This document shows, in pieces, positions 1-10,000 of a stretch of 64,000 nt of DNA (within the stretch, counting starts at the first letter, position 1; each line of letters begins with the position of its first letter). Both the position numbers and the translations under genes were made by a program. The notes under the pieces are model-generated. The model worked only from the letters and a program-made list of their open reading frames with translations. It ran no database searches and was not told where the DNA came from. This stretch comes from an uncultured delta proteobacterium (GTDB lineage: Bacteria; Desulfobacterota; Desulfobacteria; Desulfobacterales; SG8-13): the NCBI GenBank assembly GCA_963848135.1, contig CAWKCK010000007.1, positions 1 through 64,000 of the forward strand, read 5' to 3'.

Positions 1-424
1 ACCAGTTGATCATAATGGTTAATTGTTCCCCATCGACACTGGCAGGGAAGACCTTGATCGGGTTCGGGGCAGGACCGTAGATATTGTTTCCGTCCAAATC
101 ATAAGTGGATTTGTTGACGCTGCAGCATTGTACTGTTCCGGTCTCAGGTACGGGGTCCAACCGCCGATGGCCCAGATGCGTGCAGCGATTGTGAAAGGCG
201 CGGTACTCACCGTCATCTTCTTTTACCACAAGTATCCGCAAGGGCAGATTGCCCCCTTCGAGACGGATCGCACCGCCTTTTTTTTTCAATTCGGGTGCTT
301 TGGTCATGTCTATTGCCAGTTTTCCATCAGCAAACTGCCAGCAGTCCGGATTGACGGGCTTGGATGTCACCGGCAAACCCAAAATTCTTTGAAAAATATT
401 GCGCCTTAAAAACTTAATTTCCAT
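1..424 (-). CDS. Rieske [2Fe-2S]-like protein, runs off the window edge
   Basis: Manual translation from ATG 424, absent from the ORF track: MEIKFLRRNIFQRILG...YRAFHNRCTHLGHRRLDPVPETGTVQCCSVNKSTYDLDGNNIYGPAPNPIKVFP. Has the CxH box and the G-P-A-P motif. Confidence 0.8.
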   Translation of the reverse strand, partial: MEIKFLRRNIFQRILGLPVTSKPVNPDCWQFADGKLAIDMTKAPELKKKGGAIRLEGGNLPLRILVVKEDDGEYRAFHNRCTHLGHRRLDPVPETGTVQCCSVNKSTYDLDGNNIYGPAPNPIKVFPASVDGEQLTIMINW

Positions 425-459
425 GATTCGCTTTCCTTCCGCTTGTTGGATTGTTTCCA

Positions 460-665
460 CCCAGTTGAGCGTTTCATATTTTCGAAGTATGAAATAAACA
501 ATAATAATAAGGCATTCTGCCCATCGGAATTTCGAAAATATAATACCCTCCGGAATTTCCAATTTCACCGCATCTACGACGTCAAATGACGTCCCGCATA
601 GTTCACTATAGCGGAACGACATTTTCCTTGTACCTGCGGCAAACTTGAAAATCGCTCAATTTGGG
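460..665 (-). mobile_element. MITE family A, copy 1 (206 bp)
   Basis: TIRs CCCAGTTGAGCGTT / AATCGCTCAATTTGGG. 5-bp direct repeat TTCCA at 455-459 and 666-670. Interior is similar to 14105-14311 and 61722-61929. Confidence 0.85.
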
Positions 666-831
666 TTCCATTCTGAATGGTTGTTTGTCCGGGCCGGAGC
701 TCCGAACAGAAAAGCCACTATAATTATTGCGAATATAACATATATGGTAGAAATTTAACCCGGGAACCGCCCCGTTGTCAAACTCGCGTCCGAATATCCA
801 AACTTCCAGTATCCCCGGCAATCGGATAAAT

Positions 832-858
832 TAAAGTTCCCAACTAATCGGTCGATAA
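832..858 (+). promoter_or_regulatory. sigma28 (FliA)-type promoter
   Basis: TAAA-N15-GTCGATAA versus consensus TAAA-N15-GCCGATAA, just upstream of RBS GGAGG at 868-872. Confidence 0.7.
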
Positions 859-879
859 ATACAAATGGGAGGCCATTTC

Positions 880-1110
880 ATGAGTGAGCCAATTAATCAA
901 ATCGATAGCCTTTCGGGTGCTGGCGGCTACTATCGGCCCCAGCAACAAAAGGCTGCTCAAGCCCCTGACAGGGTAGAAAAAGATACGGATCAGAAAGCTT
1001 CTAAGTATATTATTGATGGAAATTCAATAATATACGAAAGTTACGATCGCGACGGCAAATTAATTTCCAGGGTGCCATGGACCGCTCAGCCGATCGATGA
1101 GAAAGCATAA
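880..1110 (+). CDS. small FlaG-like protein (76 aa)
   Basis: RBS GGAGG. C-terminal YDRDGKLISRVP resembles the FlaG D-x-x-x-G-x-V-I-R-x-I-P motif. sigma28 promoter upstream. Confidence 0.55.
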   Translation: MSEPINQIDSLSGAGGYYRPQQQKAAQAPDRVEKDTDQKASKYIIDGNSIIYESYDRDGKLISRVPWTAQPIDEKA

Positions 1111-1729
1111 CCCAACTTTTTCACCACTGCCAGATACAAGTCTTCGATAAGATATAGCTCTCCAGGTGCTTTTTTACTGGTTTCAAGGGTGACTTATCCA
1201 GAATGACAAGGGTATCCTAACCGGTTCCTCGGTTCGCATTCATTTCCTACAAGTTGCTTTATCTACCACACCAAGTTTGTGGCATACCCCCCAAACGTTA
1301 TCATTGCCCGCTAATACCATCCGCGATAAAACTTACAACATTCTGTAATTATAGTTAATTTTTTCATTCAACAAATGAATCTCCCTGCAGCAAGCTACAG
1401 ACTCTGATATGGTATCATCATTTATTCGGTTTATGGGCTGACACAACATATACGGTGTGCCCTAACCCGTTATCACCCCAGTTACTGGCACGAAGTCACT
1501 CGTGTTTATCCGATTAGTAATACGCCAAATATCTGAAAGTCTAACAAAGTCTGCTTTTTTTCCATTTTATAGATTTTTAAAATCAGGAACAAAGTTCGAT
1601 ACCCCCATACTTGACAATCTCTACCTCAGATACCACGTTGTAACACCATAAATTAGTTAAAATTAGAGTTTTTTCGACCTTACCTTTTTTATCCAGACCC
1701 AAAAAAAATTTAGTAATCACGAGGCAGCA

Positions 1730-2613
1730 ATGATCCGCCATAGGTTCTTGATTTTTCTAGAGATCCACTGTTTCATTTTTTGGTTTTAGGTGCGGGGCTT
1801 TTTATGGTGTACTCGGTGGTTAACGGCCCTGCCAGCGTGCCAGTAGATCGAATCATCATCGACGAGAATCAGGCGTTGCGGCTCTCAGGACAGTTTCAAC
1901 GCACTTGGATGCGCCCGCCGACCCGGCAGGAACTGCAAGGACTGGCCGAAGACTTCGTGAAGGAGGAAATCCTTTACCGTGAGGCGAAGGCACTGAAGCT
2001 CGATCAGGATGATGTTGTTATTCGCCGCCGGTTGCGCCAGAAGATGGAATTTCTAAACGAAGACCTCACCGAACCTAAGGCACCGACAAATGACGATCTT
2101 CAGGCATTTCTTGATGCCAACGAAGATAGGTTTCGTCCGCTTGATCGCTTCAGTTTTCAACAAGTCTACCTGAATCCAAAAAAAACCACAGGTGACGTGA
2201 AGCGAACTGCCAACGAACTGATCATCCGTCTAAACAGCAATCCTGCACTTTCCGCTAATCCCAGATTGATTGGCGATGTCACTCTGCTTCCGACCCAACT
2301 TGATGCGGCCACGGAACCGGAGGTTGCCAATACTTTCGGGAAAGGGTTCGCCAAGCAAATCAAAAATGCACCCTCCGGGCGGTGGTCCGGACCCTATGAA
2401 TCTGGCTATGGGCTTCACCTCGTCCGCTTAATCGAACGCGAAACAGACCGTCCGCCTACAATGGCAGAGATACGTCCAGTGCTTGAGCGCGAATGGTATA
2501 GCGAGCGCAGAATAGAGGCCAAAGATCGATTGTACCAGGCGCTTCGTGCCCATTACGACGTCGACATCCGGCTGCCGGACGATACAACCGGTAAAACGCT
2601 CGCGGTGCGTTAA
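1730..2613 (+). CDS. PpiC-type peptidyl-prolyl isomerase family protein, likely frameshift near the start
   Basis: Motifs EEILYREA, IRRRLRQKMEFL and WSGPYESGYGLHLV. ATG 1730 with GAGG joins the ORF (RDPLFHFLVLGA) if one T is added to the T5 run at 1752-1756. Confidence 0.85.
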
Positions 2614-2615
2614 CA

Positions 2616-3641
2616 ATGAAATTCTACTCTTATTTTGCCTTAATCATTGCACTCGCCTTGTGTCATATCGGCATCGCTCCGGCACACGAGGTGCGGCCGG
2701 CTTACCTCCAACTAAAACAGGTGGATGAGCTGACTTATGACCTGCTCTGGAAAGTTCCGGCCAAGGGTGATCGCCGATTGGGACTGTATGTCCGTCTTCC
2801 CAAAAACTGTCACAGCAGTGATGCCACCTCGAAGTTTTCAAATGGCGCCTATGTTGAGCGCCGGCAGGTGACCTGCGAGGGCGGGCTTAGTGACGGCACA
2901 ATAGCCATTGATGGCCTCGAGGCAACACGCACCGACGTACTGGCCCGCGTAGAACACAACAATGGTCACACCCTTACAGTCCGCCTGACGCCTTCACAAC
3001 CTGAGTTCAGGGTTTTGGGCGCTCCCGGCTCCGCTGCCGTGGTGCGAACCTATTTCAAGTTGGGTGTCGAACACATCCTGCTTGGTTTCGACCACCTGCT
3101 GTTTGTACTGGCCCTGCTGTTCCTGGTGGAGGGTTGGCGGCGTCTGGTGGGAACCATCACCGCATTTACTGTTGCCCACAGCCTGACTCTGGCAGCGGCG
3201 ACCTTCGGCTGGGTGCAAGTGCCCCAGGCACCGGTGGAAGCGGTAATCGCCCTCAGTATCATGTTTGTAGCCGTCGAAATCTTGCACCGACAGCGGGGAC
3301 AACCGGGAATAGCGACTCGCAAACCGTGGGTCGTGGCCTTTGTTTTCGGGTTGCTGCACGGTCTGGGGTTTGCCGGTGCATTGCGGGAAATAGGGCTGCC
3401 GGACACCGCCATTCCCCTATCCCTGGCATCTTTCAACGTGGGTGTAGAGGCCGGCCAACTGCTTTTTGTTGCCATAGTTTTCATGCTTTTCTGGCTACTC
3501 ACTCAACTGATTTCCAGTCGTGCCGTTACTTACGACCGCTCGTCCCGGTCCGTTGCCGCCTTAATGCGTCCGGCATCTTACGTCATTGGCACACTCGCTG
3601 GTTTTTGGTTTATCGAGCGAACTTACGCGTTCTTTGTTTGA
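2616..3641 (+). CDS. HupE/UreJ family protein
   Basis: Signal peptide then AHEVRP. Motifs LGVEHILLGFDHLLF, TAFTVAHSLTL and FGLLHGLGFA. Confidence 0.9.
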   Translation: MKFYSYFALIIALALCHIGIAPAHEVRPAYLQLKQVDELTYDLLWKVPAKGDRRLGLYVRLPKNCHSSDATSKFSNGAYVERRQVTCEGGLSDGTIAIDGLEATRTDVLARVEHNNGHTLTVRLTPSQPEFRVLGAPGSAAVVRTYFKLGVEHILLGFDHLLFVLALLFLVEGWRRLVGTITAFTVAHSLTLAAATFGWVQVPQAPVEAVIALSIMFVAVEILHRQRGQPGIATRKPWVVAFVFGLLHGLGFAGALREIGLPDTAIPLSLASFNVGVEAGQLLFVAIVFMLFWLLTQLISSRAVTYDRSSRSVAALMRPASYVIGTLAGFWFIERTYAFFV

Positions 3642-3653
3642 TGAATGATCTCT

Positions 3654-3737
3654 TACGGAATCACGATGCCACCGGAGGTGCCTATGATAACCAAGGAACG
3701 AGCTCATACGTCACCGATCAGGTATATGTCGGGATAA
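3654..3737 (+). pseudogene. 3' relic of a second DUF3604 gene
   Basis: Reads YGITMPPEVPMITKERAHTSPIRYMSG*, which aligns to the neighbouring gene's C-terminus FKLSLPKEIPLKTQERAYTSPIWYTPKG*. Confidence 0.75.
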
Positions 3738-3765
3738 TCGATGAAAAGCCTTAAGGGAGGGCGTC

Positions 3766-5820
3766 ATGTTGAACAGTAAAAAACCGAAACAATCCGCTCT
3801 TGGTGTCACCAATGATAAAGCCGTTTCGCCTGGCCACTGAGGCAAACTCCAGGTTGAAGCCGGTCCATTACGGGCAGTCAGATGGCACGACCCCCTGTTG
3901 TGCTGCCTGATCGCCGTCCTTGTAAACGCGCTTCTCTTAGGTCCTGTCGTGGCCCAGGACACGGCCGGAACGAGCCCGGAGGTCTTCAAGGGGCGACCCT
4001 ACTCGCCTTACGCTGACCAGGCCTATCCGACGAACGTCTATTTTGGAGACACCCATGTCCATACCGGGCTGTCGGCCGACGCCGGGGGCTCCGGCACGCG
4101 GTTGATGCCACGCGAAGCCTATCGTTTCGCTCGTGGCGAGCAGGTGATCTCCAATACCGGCCAGCCGGTGAAGCTTTCCCGGCCCTATGACTTCTTCATG
4201 ATCACCGATCACTCCGACGCGATGGGCGCAATCACCGACATCATTGACGGCGCGCCGAATATCATGGCCGATCCAGATGGGCGCAAGTTCCACGAGGACT
4301 TCAACGCCGGCGGTGATACCGCTGCGCAGGCCATGTTTCGCCTGATAAACCAGTTCGCGCAGGGCAAGATTTCAGCTGAGCTGAACTACCAGCCCGGCAA
4401 TCCGGCTTACAGGCGCGTGTGGGACGAAATCATCCGCGCGGCTGAGGAATACAACGACCCGGGCCGTTTCACGACATTTATTGCTTTCGAATGGACATCA
4501 CTAGTGGCAGGCAACAACCTGCACCGCAACGTGATCTTCCGCGACGGCGCCGAGCGTGCCGGGCAGGTGGTTCCGTACACGACGACACCACCGATCGGTT
4601 CGCGCAACCCCCGCGACCTCTGGTCGTGGCTGGAGAACTACGAGAGGGTCACCGGCGGTGACGTTACAGCGATCCCACACAACGGTAACTTGTCTAACGG
4701 CATGATGTTCGCTCTGCAGGATGACTTCGCGGATGGAGCACCTTACGATCTGGCCTATGCGGAGAATCGTCAGAAATGGGAGCGCCTCTACGAGGTAACC
4801 CAATACAAGGGCGACGGTGAGGCGCACCCGATGCTCTCGCCCGAGGACGAGTTTGCCGACTTCGAAACCTGGGACTTCGGCAATCTGGACGTCTCGCAGG
4901 CGAAGACCCCGGACATGCTCCCGGGTGAATACGCCCGCTCCGGCCTTTTGCGTGGGCTCCAGTTAGAGGCATCCTTGGGTGTCAACCCGTTCAAGTTCGG
5001 GCTCGAGGGGGGCACCGACACCCACACCGGGCTCAGCACGATCGACGAAGACAACTTCTTCGGCAAATTCACTACCTACGAGCCTGGTCCGGAACGCGCA
5101 GCACACGCCGGTAAGAGCAATCCTGAGCTCAAAATTAAAGGGCCCGGCGGCGGCGATTACAGTGCGGGGGGGACGACTGCGGTATGGGCCTCAGAGAACA
5201 CGCGCGGGACGATCTTCGATGCCATGGAGCGGCGCGAGACGTACGCCACCACCGGTCCGCGCATGCGGGTCCGCTTCTTTGGCGGTTTCGATTTTACCGT
5301 CGACGATGCGAAGCGACGTGACTTAGCACTTATTGGCTATACCAAGGGCGTACCGATGGGGAGTGACCTCGCCAAGGCGCCTAAAGGAAAAGCGCCAAGC
5401 TTCCTGGTGTATGCGCTGCGTGATCCGATGGGCGCCAACCTCGATCGCATCCAAATCATTAAGGGCTGGCTGGATGCGAAGGGAAATCCGCAAGAGAAAC
5501 TCTACGACGTTGCTGTTTCAGACGGGAGGGAGATCGGCGCCGATGGCCGCTGCAAGATCCCGGTAGGCGATACAGTCGATCTGTCGATCCCGAGCTGGAC
5601 CAATACAATCGGTGCCTCGGAACTCGGCACAGTTTGGACCGACCCGGACTTTGATCCGTCTATGCGAGCATTTTATTACGCCAGAGTCATCGAAATTCCG
5701 ACGCCACGCTGGACCGCCTATGACCGGGTGAAGTTCAAGTTGAGCCTTCCAAAAGAGATTCCGCTAAAGACACAAGAGCGCGCGTACACGTCTCCAATAT
5801 GGTACACGCCGAAGGGATAA
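3766..5820 (+). CDS. DUF3604 domain protein (PHP-like secreted metallohydrolase), in-frame TGA at 3838-3840
   Basis: Motifs GDTHVHT, TDHSD, EWTS, HRNVIFR, HNGN and QERAYTSPIWY. Strong RBS AAGGGAGG before ATG 3766, in frame with ORF 3898-5820. Confidence 0.9.
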
Positions 5821-5859
5821 CCTGCCGTTCTCATATTAATAACAGGCACAAGATCTAAA

Positions 5860-5904
5860 AACGGTTGCAAGCTGTAGTAATCTGCTTGCAGTCGTTGTAT
5901 TTTT
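5860..5904 (+). terminator. probable intrinsic terminator
   Basis: Stem AACGGTTGCAAGC...GCTTGCAGTCGTT followed by a T-rich tract. Confidence 0.5.
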
Positions 5905-6165
5905 AAAATTGCCGATGCGTCCTATGTATCAACCACTTAGATGAAATAAAATCTGCTGCTATCTATTCGTAATAATGTATAAAAATGGCGAACCACTCCA
6001 TATGGTAGATGGCCCTTTTCTATTTTTTTAAGATTAGATCAATTTACAAGCGTTTTCAAAGATCCGATTTAGGTACGAAAGGCTCACTTTTTCATGAAGT
6101 GATATTTTGTATATTTATCATTCCGTATTACACAATTCCATGTTTCTGGTATTTTGATATTTGTC

Positions 6166-6576
6166 ATGCTACGATTTTTAAAAACCACAGTGCTTGGCGG
6201 TATCTTGTTCTTAATTTCCATATTCATCTTTGTCGAAATTATCGGTAAGGTAAAATAAATAGCGAACAAACTCGCCATTCCGATAGCCGGACTGCTGGGC
6301 GTCGATAAGATCGCTGGAATCGCAGTTGCAGAACTTCTGGCCATAGGAATTCTTGTGCTGGTCTGCTTCATTGCCGGCCTGGTTACGAAAACACCGCGTG
6401 CAAGGAATTTGTGCAGTCTTTGGAGAACAATGTTCTATAAAAAATACCCACCTATGAGGTGCTGAAGGGCAATATTCAAAGTCTGCTGAGTTTCGAGGAT
6501 GCTAAGGAAATGAGTCCCGTCATGGTAAGGTTCGACGATTTATGGCAGATCGCCTTTGAGATCGAACGTACCGAGG
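6166..6576 (+). pseudogene. DUF502 family membrane protein, degraded
   Basis: MLRFLKTTVLGGILFL...VK*IANKLA...LVCFIAGL, then a frameshift, then LENNVL*KIPTYEVLK...VRFDDLWQIAFEIER. Two stops, one frameshift, truncated. Confidence 0.7.
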
Positions 6577-6684
6577 AATGTCATCCGCAGCCGCGCCCTG
6601 GAAACATTTAGCTATCGCAAGATGGTGGTTGACTATCTAAAGTCAGACGCAAAGTGGTACAGCGCCCCCAAACCCATGCTCTTA
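6577..6684 (+). pseudogene. internal fragment of an amidinotransferase
   Basis: NVIRSRALETFSYRKMVVDYLKSDAKWYSAPKPMLL resembles the RSRxxE...YR...AxW..APKP segment of glycine/inosamine amidinotransferases. Confidence 0.6.
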
Positions 6685-6825
6685 GCCCGAATATTTCATG
6701 AAATCATTTCACAGAGCGGCCAAAAAGAACCCATATCGGGGCATTGATCAAACTCATGATCCGTTTAATCGGGCACACTTTGTCCCTCGCCAAGATCTAA
6801 TGAAAGAGCTGAAAAGATTTCACCC

Positions 6826-6933
6826 TTCAGGTCAACCGGAGGCTTTCATGGCCGGCGTTATTCGAGGTTCGCGGTAGACTGACTACAGCATCGCCTCGAA
6901 ATGCCTTGGCCATAAAAGCCTCCAATTGATGAA
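6826..6933. repeat. long imperfect palindrome (REP/MITE-like)
   Basis: GGAGGCTTT-ATGGCC pairs with GGCCAT-AAAGCCTCC, TTCGAGG pairs with CCTCGAA, apical GTAG-N5-CTAC. Confidence 0.7.
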
Positions 6934-7071
6934 ATTTCCGGGTTAGACTCGCTGTTTGAGGTTGATCTGGACAAGCCCGCGCCACGTGACGATAAACCCG
7001 CTTTTGATGCAGCAAACGTCCTGCGTCTTGGATAGGATTTGATCTATCTGGTCAGCGGCACGGGTAACGAA

Positions 7072-10000
7072 ATGGGGGGGGCAATGGTTGCAACAATTTT
7101 GGGCGATGCTTATCGGGTTCACTTTCTCAGAAATGTCTACTATGGCAGCAATTATTTTAACAACCGTCTTCGTGGTCTTCTTTGTAGTGACGTTTGTGGC
7201 CTGGAGGCGGTACCTTTGGGTGGCTGAAAAGGCGCCGCACGGGCAGACGGACACCTGCCCCTACAGCTTGACGGATGTCTTTAGCGACCGCCACCTCGTG
7301 AACGTGCCGCATCAGGAAGGAATCCGGTGGCTCACAGAGGTCTTCAGCCGCTCCGCCGAGAAGTACCCGGATTTCACGGCCTTACAGATTCCTCATACCG
7401 GAGAATCCCTCACCTTCGCTGAACTCGACGCTCGGGCCGAAAACGTGGCCGCGGCCCTTGTCTCCCTTCCTCACAGGACCGGACCAGGTCGTGGCCGTGG
7501 CCATGTCGCAGGACAACTGGCAAATCGTGGCCGCTCACCTCGGTATTCTCAAGGCTGGCGGTACCATGATGTTCCTCGACACCGCTTTGCCAGACGCCCT
7601 TATCACCCACATGCTCAAGGATGCACAGCCGGTGGTCATTCTCACGCGGGGCCAAGACAAGTTTCGCGACCTGCCGACGCTCGATATCCTGACGTTGCCG
7701 GAGAGGATGCCCCGAAGCAAGCCGCCGCCTTGGCTGGACGACCCCACGCAGCGCCTTGCGACCATCTTCTACACGAGCGGAACTACCGGAATGCCCAAGG
7801 GCGTGGAGTGCCCGCACGCAGGCTACGTGAACCTGGCCCTGAGCTACGCCGATTATTTTGATCTCATTCCGGGTATGGACGCGACCTCGCTTACTTCGTC
7901 GCTGGGATACGACGGCAGCATCTCCGAGATGTACAGCGCCTGGGTATCAGGTTGCGCTGTGGTCATGCTGACCAAGGAGCAGATACGGTCCGGGCCAGAC
8001 CTCGTCCCCGTTCTTCGTGAAGCCGAGGTCACGGTGCTCTTCTGTCCGCCAGTTCTGCTTACCACCCTCACATCAACCCCCGAGCTTGATCTCCCCTACC
8101 CGCTGTGCCGCTATGTCGTGCCGGCGGGCGAAGCCTTCCCCGCCACGCTCGTGGAGCCCTGGACGCGTGGCAGACGGCAGATCATAAACACCTACGGCCC
8201 TACAGAGGCGAGCACCGACACAAGCCGCCAGAGCTTGCGGCCGGGGGAGCCCATCACCATAGGCTCGCCCTTCGCCAACGTCACCTACGTTATCCTCGAG
8301 GTCGACCAACTCCGCCCGCTGCCCCACGGGGAGGTCGGCGAGCTTTGCATCGGTGGGGTACACGTGGCGCGGGGGTACCGCAATTTGGCGGAGCAAACCG
8401 CCCAGAAGTTCATCACGCACCCTCGGTTCGGCCGCCTCTTTCGCACCGGAGATAAATGTAAAATAGACATCCGGACGCAGCGCGTGCACTTCCTCGGCCG
8501 AGTCGACATGCAGCTCAAGGTGCGCGGGCACCGCGTCGAGATACAGCCCGTTGAGGACATCCTCCAGACGAAGTTCAGGGAGATCGAGGCCGCTGTGCTG
8601 GACTACCAGAACCAAGAACTGGTCGCCTTCGTCGCCGCCCCGTCAGTCTCCGAAGGCGATATCTCGGTTGTCGCTCCAGCACCGGCGGAGTGGGCTACCC
8701 GGGTCACGGCGACTCTGGCGAGACAACTTCCAGCGCCGTCAGTTCCGACAAGGATTTTCCTGGTGGAAAAATTTGTCATGAAGCCGATGTCCGGAAAGAT
8801 CGACCGGGGGTGCTTGCCCAACCTATCTCATCTGCTGACAAACGCCGAGCCGGAAGCGGAGGACACCTGTAGTGGCTCACCGACCAGCATGCAGGTGACA
8901 GAGGCGGGGAAAGCCAAACCGCCCGACACCGATGCGGGCGTGGAACCGGGCTGTGAGGAAGTGCTGGCGATTTGCAGGGCCGTGTTCGAGACCCCATTGG
9001 GATGGGACGATTTATTCGCTGACAATGGTGGGCACTCGATCGTCATCGCACGACTGGCGCAGCGCTTGCAAGCCGCAGGATGGGTGGTGCCGGTCCGGGC
9101 GCTACTCACTGACTGCAACACCCCACGAAAGGTGGCCATTCGCCCGCGGCAGCTCCAGCAGGCCTCCGGGACCCCTACGGCTGCCGCGAAATCTCACCGA
9201 AACTCCACAGAGCGCGATGAGACAGCGGCAAGGGCGCTCTCTGTGGGTTATTTTACCATCCTGCAGGTCCTGTTCCTGTTGTTGCTGTACGCCCCCGTTT
9301 TAATAGGCTTCCTGGGGTTCATCTCCTTCGCTGAAATCGGAGAGTTCTTCATAACCGCGTCCTTCTGGGAGTTCATTAGCGTCGGTTTCTTGATGTACTT
9401 GTTTGCCTTTGTCCTGCCCTTCGCCAACCTGCTCTGGGTCATGGTGATCAAGCGCTTCATGGGTGGTAACATTTACAGGAACAATGTGACGCCGGGTGTT
9501 TACCCCAAGTGGAGCAGAATGCATTTGCGAACCTGGTGTATCGGGCGGCTGCAAGCCACAGTACTCCGCCCCCTGCGTGCATTGTTTCGCAGCGCGCCGT
9601 TCAAGGCATACGTCTTGCGGCGCCTCGGGGCGACCGTGGGTGACAACCTTCAGTGCGCGCATGACGTGGAGTTCTCCGGACCGCTGGACTTACTCTCCAT
9701 CGAGAACGATGTCACCATCCAGACCGGAGCCCACATACACATGTCGAGGTGGGTGGGGTCAGAATTGCATATCGGCCCCGTTCGCCTCGAGAGCGGCTGC
9801 AAGATCGGAATGCGGGCAGCCGTCGCCGACCATGTGACGGTAGGCCGCGGCACCTGGATCACTCCGCTTACTCCCATCCTCAGTGACATCGGTTCCGGGG
9901 AGATGTGGGAAGGTGCCCCGGCGCGATTCAGTGGCCGCTACACGGAATTGAAGCGTACGGCAAATGGTTGCCAGTACGCGTACCCGTTCTGGTTCATGGA

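Noticed and set aside
23..409. 128-aa plus-strand ORF
   Set aside because: Antisense shadow of the Rieske-like gene.
1377..1400. GAATCTCCCTGCAGCAAGCTACAG, resembling an IS200/IS605-type end hairpin
   Set aside because: Too short and degenerate, with no tnpA or tnpB nearby.
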